Source of the DNA: Octopus sinensis
Taxonomy: Eukaryota
Assembly (NCBI RefSeq): GCF_006345805.1
Contig: NW_021834849.1
Span: 1-45,023 of the forward strand
Length of the DNA stretch: 45,023 bases
Direction: 5' to 3'
Of this stretch, positions 26,659 through 36,827 are shown in pieces (the first letter of the stretch is position 1; the number at the start of each line of letters is the position of its first letter). Made by a program: the position numbers and the translations under genes. The notes under the pieces are model-generated. The model saw only the letters and a list, made by a program, of their open reading frames with translations, was not told the origin of the DNA and did no database searches.

Positions 26659-28382
26659 TTAAAAATTACGGATAATTTACTGCCAACCTGTACAGGGCGT
26701 TGCTAGTCTAAAGTAGGATATTATTACCGATATTAATCAATATATCTATGGATTAGCATATTACTCGGTGGTTCCTCCTACGTTAGAACGCAAGTAATGT
26801 AGTTTAATAAACTACAAGACTATTCATCAAAATACACTACGAAGTATGAATATTATTATTATTATTATCAAAATACAATATAATTTTCATGCAAATACAT
26901 ATTTCTATTGATTCTTCAATGTCGAAAGAGAATAAAATAAAACATTTATATGTGTGTGTATAGTTGATTTAACAGCTGCATCGATTGACAAGAGAGACGA
27001 CAAATAAGAAGTTATTTGATTTAATTGGAATTCTGTTGGCATAGTAGGAATTACTATTGTAAAATTAGAAGTTTTCATATTATGATCTTGTTTTGTTTGG
27101 AACAGTCATGTGAGGCTAATCAGAATTTTAGCTGATCTCACATATTAGTGAAAAGGCGCTGTGAATGTTTGTATAATTTTATCAAGTATTTCATTTTACG
27201 TCTGGCAAGATTTTCTACGACGGTAATCAGTTTTCAATAACCTTAGTTCGATATCTACTGGGAAAATGCCGATGGAACGTATCACGGAGGGTTGTTATTT
27301 TCATAGTTGCGTAAATGTGAAGTATTTAGAACGGACATGGGTGGTGGAACACACTAACCAACTTTAAGAGAATAGAGAAGTAAGCTGGGTGGATCTGAAT
27401 AGAAATTATATGCAGTTAGGCCATTTGAGTTGAGTGCAAGCTGTTGTAAGGAAAGAAAAATATCCAGGGATGATAATCAGCTCATATTTGAATAAATAAT
27501 TACGGTGTGCTGGTGAATGAAATACTTTCCATAAAGGTATGTGTTATTCTGTCTTTTTCGTTCCCTCCTGTATGTTTGACAAACAATCTATTTAAATATT
27601 ACCATACGCATACCTGGATTTGAAGAGGATAAAAAGCAATACTCGTTGTCCAAAAATATATTAAACTGATCGATATACATGTTCAGACACAAGCCAAACT
27701 AGTATTAAGAGGATTATATTTATGAAGGTTGACTAAATGTACAACAATCTGCGTATACCAGAAATGAAAAGTTTGTCATTTATGTATATATAGATATATT
27801 CATCCCCATATATATGTGTGTGCGTATGTTTGTGAGTACCTCTGAATGTATGTGTGTGAGTGAATGCTATACTTGCATTATACACTTACATCATGAATTT
27901 TTGAATATACATATGTATTCGTAGAACAACAGGAAATTACCTTATTAACATACCTTACGCTAATGAGATACTGCCAGAAGATGATAGTAAAATACATCCA
28001 TACACGCACACACACACACATATATATATATGTGTGTGTGTGTGTGTGTACATATATATACATACATATAATAACAGCGAGAAAAATAGAAATACTTCAA
28101 GACATGAATACGTTTCCTGTAATAATTAATTTAATGAACATCCTACAGTTTATAAGAGAATAATATCCAAATATTCTACGCGTTCTTGGGTACATTTGTG
28201 TTATTATCAGAAGCAATGCGTTTAATTTCCTGATACTAATACGCTTAATGTAAGGTTCGTATTGTCTGGTGTTAGTTATTTGGAGATAGTACATTATCGC
28301 ACGAAGGTTTCAAAGAAACAGTTAAATTTATTGTCTTACAACAAATTAAAAATCCATTCAGCGTACGTAATGTGTGTATAAC

Positions 28383-28533
28383 TATTTCTTTATTACCCAC
28401 AAGGGGCTAAACAAGGGGACAAACAAGGACAGACATAGGTATTAAGTCGATTACATCGACCCCAGTGCGTAACTGGTACTTAATTTATCGACCCCGAAAG
28501 GATGAAAGGCAAAGTCGACCTCGGCGGAATTCG
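28383..28533 (-). mobile_element. SINE family S1, 5'-truncated
   Basis: Closely matches 34127-34280 (tatttctttattacccacaagg...gtcgacctcggcggaatt). Confidence 0.88.
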
Positions 28534-29497
28534 AGCGCTTACTGTTTACATCACGTTCAGAGATTTATTATTGCTTTCAGACTGTTTTTCGAAATCAGTG
28601 ACAGTGGTTACTGGGAAAAACATTAAATAGATATTCGCAAACAGGTCTTTCCTCATCGAAAACCGGTGATTACCGTGTGTTGACAAGAGACAATAATCTC
28701 AAAACTGCAGTACATGCGTATCACTTAGGTTTACGAGAGGGGATTACCTCCCTTTGCAAATATCATAAGGGCACAGAAATTGTGTCTAAAGCCAGCTGGA
28801 GACGATGATTTCCTGGGGCTAAAAAGCTACAGTAACACCCACCCCTAGTTGTTAGCCATATTGAGCTGGCTTATATACTTCAAGTTTTGAGGGGATATTC
28901 TTGAAATCTAGATAGCACTGACCGACCTCGTCTAAAAGAAATGACATCAAGAGTAGCCTCGTTTTAACCAATACCTGTCAACAGTCATACCTACATGAAA
29001 CGTCCGTTGCGTGTGTAGGTATGTGCGTGTTCGTGTGTTTACGTATATATTATTACCAACTGAAACATGATAACACATGAGAGAGAGTGGGTGTTACATT
29101 AATATACATCTCAGTTATTTGTGATATGAGGACTGCTCTTTGTCCATGGCTCCCCTGCCATAAACTGACTAAAACAAATAGATGAGGTAAAAGTGGTAAC
29201 TTATTCTTCCCTCAAAATGTGACAGGTAGATAACAGAAGTGCCGAATAACCACCCTAATCTTTTTGAATATCTGAAAAAATTACATGTTCGAAATTGAAT
29301 AATCTTATTTAAATTCGAATCACTGAAAATGAATATTATTATTGACAGTATTTAATAACAAACAGCACTTCGTCAAAATATATCTATACGTGGTGAATTG
29401 CTTATGTATGCACACATATATTCATACACATATATATGTGTCTAAATACGTGTGTGTGTGCGTGTGTCACTATATATATAGGAGGAGGAAGGGGAGG

Positions 29498-29832
29498 AGA
29501 CTCCATTCGGCCATGAATGACCATGGGATTGAACCTAGAAAGTTACCCTCCCAGGCACAAGTCTGGGCAAGGTTGTTTATAGACGGCCAGCAGTCGTCCA
29601 TGCATACTGGCCTACCCTCGCCACACCACTGATGTTATCCAAGAGAAAGGCAAAGGCCGATACAGCTTGGCACCTGTGACGTCGCAACTCATTTCTACAG
29701 CTGAGTGAACTGAAGTAACGTGAAATAAAGTGTCTTGCTCAAGAACACAACACGCAGTCCGGTCCGGGAATCGAACTCACAACTTCATGATCGTAAGCTC
29801 GACGCCCCAACCACTGAGAGATACGCCTTCAC
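29498..29832 (-). mobile_element. Full-length tRNA-derived SINE, family S3
   Basis: Minus-strand head gtgaaggcgtatctctcagtggttggggcg...gagttcgattcccgga has A- and B-box motifs; unique body of about 260 nt. Confidence 0.8.
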
Positions 29833-29958
29833 TATATGTATATGATGTATATGTGTGTGTATGTTTGTGTAGGTGCGTATAATTTTTAAAGACAACTAAC
29901 GCTAAGGCAAGACATACATATCAAGGCATATACGTCATTATTATTGGTAAAATACAGA

Positions 29959-30014
29959 GTCTTACAGCTGTTTCTGGAATATACCAAAATATGGGATATT
30001 CAGTCATCAGAGAC
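29959..30014 (-). ncRNA. Minimal type I hammerhead ribozyme motif, canonical core
   Basis: Minus strand reads gtct CTGATGA ctgaatatcccatattttggtatattcca GAA ACAGCTGT A agac. Stem I is 4 bp, stem III is palindromic and the cleavage triplet is GUA. Stem II has 9 of 12 pairs, with the two basal pairs mismatched. Confidence 0.8.
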
Positions 30015-30415
30015 AAATAGGGTAAATGTGAAGAGTATAGATGAAGGAAATGTTGAAATAAAGGACTGGAAAAAAAGAATAAAGAAATGAAGAAAAAGAA
30101 GAAAGAAGGATAAAGTTCACAGTCCAACTTTCCGATAGAGTAGCTGTTAGACCATAAGTCTTTAGAACAATCCTATGTAAATCCATGTATGTTTATAGCC
30201 TTCATAGTGTAAATATCCAGACATAAACGCGTTCATATCGATGGTTTGTAAGAGGATGATAGAAGTGGCTATTGGGGGATAAAGAGAAAGAAAAATAGAG
30301 AGCAAAGTATTGGTAAGGAAGCTGGAGGTACAGAGAGAGGAGGAGGTTTGCAAGGATTGGTATGGAGGATAAAATAAGGTATATAAAAATATAATGTACA
30401 AAAATAAACAAGAAT

Positions 30416-30825
30416 AGGCGCAGTAGTGGCTGTGTGGTAAGTAGCTTACTTACCAACCACATGGTTCCGGGTTCAGTCCCACTGCGTGGCATCTTGGGCA
30501 AGTGTCTTCTACTATAGCCTCGGGCCGACCAAAGCCTTGTGAGTGGATTTGGTAGACGGAAACTGAAAGAAGCCCGTCGTATATATGTATGTATATATAT
30601 ATATATGTGTGTGTGTCTGTGTTTGTCCCCCTAGCATTGCTTAACAACCGATGCTGGTGTGTTTACGTCCCCGTCACTTAGCGGTTCGGCAAAAGAGACC
30701 GATAGAATAAGTACTGGGCTTACAAAGAATAAGTCCTGGGGTCGATTTGCTCGACTAAAGGTGGTGCTCCAGCATGGCCGCAGTCAAATTACTGAAACAA
30801 GTAAAAGAGAGTAAAAGAGAGAGTA
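30416..30825 (+). mobile_element. Full-length tRNA-derived SINE, family S2
   Basis: Head aggcgcagtagtggctgtgtggtaag...ggttcagtccc has A/B-box-like motifs, an internal (TA)/(TG) tract follows, and the 3' end is ...gccgcagtcaaattactgaaacaa(gtaaaaga)n. Homologous to several other copies in the window. Confidence 0.88.
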
Positions 30826-31437
30826 AGAAGATAAATAAATATATACGGGTAAATAAGGAGAGATGAGGAGGCAAAGGAGATAAAAAATAGCGTAAAAAAT
30901 ACAATATAAATAAAATGAAAGGGATTCAAAGAGAATAGTGAATGCCAGTGCTGTTCTAGTTTGTAGGGGCTGGGGCAGGAAGTCAAGTAGTAAGTTTTTG
31001 CGTCCGTTTTATGGCTAAGGTCAGTGGCCATAGAAATATTTCTAGCTATGGGTGTATGAGTGAGTAGGTGGGCATGAATGGAGAAACCAGTTGAATGTTA
31101 AATTATTTAGGGATAAAGGTTACAAAATAAGGATTAGGGGATCTAATAGTTTAAGGTTTTAAAAAAATTAAAGGATTAACAATTATCTTCTAAGATACTA
31201 AGGTTGATAGCAAAGATATACAAGGGTCTGTAATAACAACCATGGAGGTTTGAGAGTGTTATGCGTGGCGGTGGGGGAGGTTTACATTTGGATTTATGGA
31301 AGAATCTAAAAGGGCGGAAGAATCTGGTTACACGTTGTGAAGGCTTCGTTGAGTAATTGTGGTGAGATATGGGTTAAACTTTTAAGGGATTCTTTTAGGC
31401 AGAAAAGAAGCCCTTATGCTTCACATTTTCCCCATTT

Positions 31438-31493
31438 TTCTCCGATGATGGAATATCCCATATTTTGGGATAACCCACAAACAGCTGTAGGAC
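31438..31493 (+). ncRNA. Hammerhead motif, degenerate (U4C, G12C)
   Basis: ttct CCGATGA tggaatatcccatattttgggataaccca CAA ACAGCTGT A ggac. Confidence 0.65.
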
Positions 31494-31707
31494 TCTATAT
31501 TTTTTCAATAATAATAACGTATATAAATTGAGATATTTGTCTTGACTTAGCGTTTGTTTCCTCTTTAACAATTGTATATCCGCTATATCGGTAATCTACA
31601 ATGGTTCCATGACTCTCGTCTAGGCCATGAGCTTGGAGCCCTGGTAATCCGTTACAGCATTCACTCAGTGTACCTAGTCGCTTAGATCACTTGTGAACCA
31701 AACCTCC

Positions 31708-31771
<64 letters not shown>

Positions 31772-32953
31772 ATGTTTGTGTGTCTATCCATCCTTCTCCG
31801 CCCGCTATACTTAGGAGGACCTTTCGAGTAGAGTTCACAAGGACTTTCTCCATATTGTCCTATCAGAAGCAAGCTTCATTTGACTTCTCAAACCTATAAG
31901 CTTATTCCCTCCTGAACTAAATTCAGGTTTCATGATATTGTTCCTTTGTGCTCCCAATCCACGCCCCACAGAACCATTGCAGACCTATTGCTGGTTCTAC
32001 CAGAACCAAGTGGAAACTGCAATATATTTTTCGAACGGTCTCCTCTACTTAAGATCTGAATGCGCCCCTTGTCAAGTTGCACGACAGGCGAGGCAATTTG
32101 CCGTAGATTTGGACTCCTTTTATAGTGCAGGTTTTAGAGGTCATATTTGCGCCAGGCACCAAGCTGATTTGTACACACACACATATATATATATATATAC
32201 ACTCGCGCGCGCACACACACACAAACACACACATAGAGAAATAAAGACATCTATAAAACGAATTGCGAATAAAGCATCCAAATTCAAACAGCTACACAGA
32301 CTTTCGGCTTAAGCATAAATGTAAAACAAAAAAGATTAAAATCGCTTTGATTTATTAGAATTTACGACACGCCACTTCGCATAAATGAAAACTTAAAAGA
32401 AAGCTTTATAGTAGACACATAGATTACTCAAATGTGAGGAAAGAATTTGAACCTGATTTCTTGATTCACGAGCACTGGGAATATCTGAGTCGACTTTAAA
32501 CATTCTGCTTCATAATTAAAACGTAAATTCATAATTTATACAGAGCAAATTAAAACTCTTCAGACGCCGATATTTTGTCTTTACGTTCAAATACATGAAC
32601 CTATGTCCGTGTATATTATACAAATCAGCACTTAGTAACTGAAGATTTCTCTTTGAATGAGATTCAGAATTTGTATATGAAATCACTATTAATTTATAAT
32701 GATTTCTCCATATTCTTCTACTACAGCACTGGGAAAGGTGAGACGCTGTTCTCATATCGGAGATAAATCGTTGTTGACAGGATTGCATAATATCAAATAT
32801 TTATGAGATTTTTGAACAATATTAGACATTACGTTATTATGCTGGAATTCGTTTTACCAAATTAAACTTCCCCTTCAAGTTTATAAAACATTTCATACCG
32901 AATATATAAATAATTTAACGTCCTTTAAAAATAAATACGCTCACAACTAGCAG

Positions 32954-33009
<56 letters not shown>

Positions 33010-33191
33010 ACAAACACACACAAACACACACACAAACACACACATATGGGAAACGCACACACAAACAATCAAGTAGAGTTATATATATTTTTTCTTTTAT
33101 GCTCTATTTATTCTCAATGAGTTGCAACCATGCTAGAACCTTAACCTTGCAACAAGAAAAATCCTAGTCCTTATCTTTTTTAATATTCTGC

Positions 33192-33460
33192 TTATTCTAT
33201 TGATCCTTTACCGAAACACAATGGTTCGAGGACGTAAACAAACCACCATCGTGTGTCTCTCGGTGGAAGAGACAAACACAGATAGAACGACACACACAAA
33301 TATATATATATATTCATGACGAGTTCCACATAATTTCCGTCTACCAAAGTTACCGATAGGAATGGTTCTACTTGGGCATATAGTAGAAAATACTCATCCA
33401 AAATGCCGTACAGTAGGACCGGACCCAAGAACATGTGGTTGAAATGCAGCTTCTATAAGA
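33192..33460 (-). mobile_element. SINE family S2, degenerate 5'/central part
   Basis: ttattctattgatcctttaccgaa...ggacgtaaacaaacc...tttccgtctacc...catgtggtt matches S2 reverse complement. Confidence 0.65.
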
Positions 33461-34126
33461 CACCGAAGCATAAATACACTCATAAATGTCTTCTTATTTT
33501 ATCTTCCCTGGTGCATTCGGTGCCCATGTCCTAATTCAATAGATTTAGCCAGTATACAGATAAGATTATATATAAGGTGCCAACCTTGAAAAATGGTTCC
33601 AGCATCGGTATTTCTTCAGGTACATTTCATTTTTAGTTCAAATTCCTGTTAGATCGAGTAGGAAAATTAAATGTGAAGTACAGCTAACACGTTCACCTCA
33701 AAATTACTGGCCTTGTGTCTGAATCAGAAACCGTTTTTATGTATGAGTATACGGAATTATGTGACTGGGTGTGTATGTATCAGACAGTAATATATTTGCA
33801 CATAGATTAACTTCGAAATATGGTAATCATCGAAACTTGACAAATATTCATACGTAACACACATGATATCAGATTCACAAAAGAATAGTTTATATATCTG
33901 TCATAGAAGATTTGAAGAGCTAGATATCTACAGAACACGCTAATAATTGGTAAATATGTTGCTGTTGTCATCACTATTTTTGCTGTGTCTTTCTTATGTT
34001 TGTCGAGGTTACTGTTGATGTACTTGGTGAAGTAACTGTAGTTTGTCGTTGTTGCTGATGTTCATTTGCAGAATATCTGCCACGAACGAACCAACCGATG
34101 ATAACCGATCATATCTTCCTGATACC

Positions 34127-34356
34127 TATTTCTTTACTACCCACAAGAGGCTAAACACAGAGAGGACAAAAAAGGACAGACACACGGATTAAGTCGATTA
34201 TATCGACCCCAGTACGTAACTGGTATTTATTTAATCGACCCCGAAAGGATGAAAGGCAAAGTCGACCTCGGCGGAATTTGAACTCAGAACGTAGTGGCAG
34301 ACGAAATACTGCTAAGCATTTCGCCCGGCGTTGCTAACGTTTCTGCCAGCTCGCCT
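34127..34356 (-). mobile_element. Full-length tRNA-derived SINE, family S1, with 16-bp TSD
   Basis: Minus-strand head aggcgagctggcagaaacgttagc...gagttcaaattcc. Flanked by an exact atatcttcctgatacc at 34111-34126 and 34357-34372. Confidence 0.92.
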
Positions 34357-35654
34357 ATATCTTCCTGATACCAACCGATGATACCTTCCAGTAATGCACT
34401 TTCTACGATTTAGCGTATCGTAGGACTGCATAGTCAAGTGTTCGTGATTTGATTGGAGTTAATATGGGGGAGACTTTGCTAACATTTCTAGCAACTTGAA
34501 CATCCAAAGTAGAGGGTCGTTTGCTGATGAGTTTTCAAATATGTGTCTTTGCATTAGTGTATATTAGGAAGCCGTCAGCAACTTCAAGTATTGTCGAGAT
34601 CTTGTATAAGAGCCAATACTACCATATTATAATTCAACTGGAAAATGATATAAATATTGAGGTTAATAAATCAAATCGCGAGGTATCGAAACGTGAGTAA
34701 AATGATTACAACCTTTTTCAATTACTTGGAATTGGAAGAGGTTTTTCCTCGTGAACGATCGTGAAAATAATGGAAATCGCATGTGTGCGTAAATATATAT
34801 ATATATATATATATATATTATGTGTGTGTGTTGTGTGAGTGTGTGTGTGTGTGCGCGTATTTGTATATGTATATGTAGATAAGATTGATAGATACATAGA
34901 TAGATATGTGTGTGCGTGTGTGTTTGGATATTTGTCTTCGTGTAGGTGTGCATGCATATATATAAGTATGCAAGTATGTATAGCATGAATGTATATGCAT
35001 ATATGTGTGTTTGTGTGTATGTGTGTGTGCGTGTGTGTGTGTGTGCGCGTGTGTGTGTGTTTGAGTTTGTATGTATATGTATAGATAAAGTGGATTTACT
35101 TTATTATTGAATGCTAAGACATTCAGTGAATCACGTTAATGCTTTTCTGTCTTAGCAGTGCCAGTCCATTAGTTCAGGCCGAAACCAAGCAGTACAAATT
35201 AGGTGGATGGATTGTAGAGAATTGTTTGTGCAGTGAGGACGAAAATGATATATCCTTATGCGCCCTCAAATTATCTACCATATTGTGCTATATGCTCATA
35301 ATCGGAAATTATTCTACGATTACGAAGATAAATATTTCTGTTATGAAATTAAATTAGCTATAGCATTTAGAATCATGATGTGCGTAATACTGTTACATTT
35401 TCAGTACGCTACACTTGGATATTATTAAAAGCCTTGCAATTTTCTTACATCTAATTCAAATCAATCCACAACTGTAATATGTGCGGATTCACGGTAACGT
35501 AAACACATACAAGCATCCACATTAATATATGAATATATAAGTGAGTGTATGTTTTTGTGAGTAAATTTCCATATAACACACACACACACACATACACACA
35601 CACACACATATCTATATATATATATAATATATATATGAGAATTTCTTTGCGTAA

Positions 35655-35786
35655 TGAGATAAAAAACCAAGGCAGTGTAGATATAAGAACATTTATATAT
35701 AGGTCTTACAGCAGTTTCCAGGATATTTATTAATTATATCCCTTCATCGGAGACAGTGTGAGAGGATGGTTAAGTCATAATTAGCT

Positions 35787-35790
<4 letters not shown>
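35655..35790 (-). mobile_element. HHR-bearing repeat related to family D
   Basis: Shares stem I (gtct/agac) and a near-identical stem III with 29959-30014. Confidence 0.6.
35703..35754 (-). ncRNA. Hammerhead motif (U4C variant)
   Basis: Minus strand reads gtct CCGATGA agggatataattaataaatatcctg GAA ACTGCTGT A agac. Stem I is perfect, stem II is gggatat/atatcct, and the triplet is GUA. Confidence 0.72.
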
Positions 35791-35825
<35 letters not shown>

Positions 35826-35837
35826 TGTGTGTGTGTG

Positions 35838-36393
35838 TGTCTTCGGAACCTCCTTCACATCCGCTGGCAGGACAAAGTCCCAGACACGGAAGTTCTGAAG
35901 CAGGCAGATCTCCCTACCACTCTCACGATCATGCGCAAGGCCCAGCTGAGATGGGCAGGCCACGTCTCCCGCATGTCCGACACTCGCATCCCAAAACATC
36001 TCTTCTACGGTGAACTCAGCCAGGGCAAACGCAAAGTCGGAGGGCAGAAGAAGCGCTTCAAGGACAGTCTCAAAGTCTCTCTCAAAGACTTCTCCATCGG
36101 TACAGAGACTTGGGAGACACTTGCTGCCGACCACTCATCCTGGCGCAGTGCAATCACCACAGGAGCAAAGACAGCCGAGGAGAGACGGATTCAGTCAGCA
36201 GAACAGAAACGCCAGATGCGGAAAGCCAGAGCCACCTGCACCAATAGCACAGCCCCTACCCACTTCTGCCCCACCTGTGGGAGGGGCTTTCTTGCCCGGA
36301 TTGGCCTCACCAGCCACCTCCGGTCTCATAGCAGCAATTCCACCAAATGATGTCAATGGTCATCTTCGAGCCCGAAGGACGAACATTATTATT
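35838..36393 (+). mobile_element. 5'-truncated RTE-clade LINE (ORF C-terminus, short 3' UTR, (ATT)3 tail)
   Basis: About 170 codons without a stop: CLRNLLHIRWQDKVPDTEVL...QLRWAGHVSRM...LFYGEL..G.R..GGQKKRFKDSLK...WETLA.D...WR, ending in the C2H2 finger CPTCGRGFLARIGLTSHLRSH, with TGA at 36348-36350. The 3' UTR hairpin is cttcg-agcc-cgaag. Markedly more GC-rich than the flanks. Confidence 0.93.
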
Positions 36394-36490
36394 AGTGTCA
36401 CCGTGGTCACCGTGACCGACCAGGCTATCAGATATTGCCACACATCGCTGGTCATAAATGTTGCAACCCCGCTGCCTAAGCGAGCAGGCC
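36394..36490. repeat. GC-rich repeat fragment directly 3' of the RTE tail
   Basis: A tandem gtcaccgtg x2 is followed by a GC-rich segment ending gcgagcaggcc. Family unassigned. Confidence 0.4.
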
Positions 36491-36612
36491 AATATATATA
36501 TATGTATATAGGGGTGCACGTGTGTGTGTGTTCATAGAAAGAAAGAGGGAGAGAGAGAGATGTGTATTTATATGCATGACTAACATTACAAGTGTTTTAT
36601 TTCTGAAGAGAT

Positions 36613-36827
36613 ATGCATTGGTTTCAAATTTTGGCACAAGGTCAGCAAGTACGGGGTAAAGAGTAACTCAATTACATCGACCCCACTGCTCAGCTAATAC
36701 GTATTCTAACGATGCCGAAAGAATAAATGGCTGAGTTCAACTTGATGTAATCTGAACATAAAGAGAGCCGACATGTTGTTCAGCATTTTGCTCGGTGTGT
36801 TAACGATTCTGCTAGATCGTCACCCTA
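36613..36827 (-). mobile_element. S1-related SINE, degenerate
   Basis: attacatcgacccc...gccgaaagaat...cagcattttgctcggtgtgttaacgattctgct is collinear with S1. Confidence 0.65.

Larger units (their letters stand above)
29878..31578. mobile_element. Inverted-repeat element (family D) with about 165-bp HHR-containing arms and a nested S2 SINE
   Basis: 29878-30043 is the reverse complement of 31408-31578 (about 80% identity by eye). Each arm holds an HHR motif. Confidence 0.7.

Noticed and set aside
36400-36490. Possible HDV-like ribozyme on the minus strand (ggcctgctcgct...)
   Set aside because: I could not assemble P1, P2 and J4/2 of the nested double pseudoknot.
35781-36537. ORFs 36010-36537 (+) and 35781-36134 (-)
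   Set aside because: Alternative frames of the GC-rich RTE fragment.
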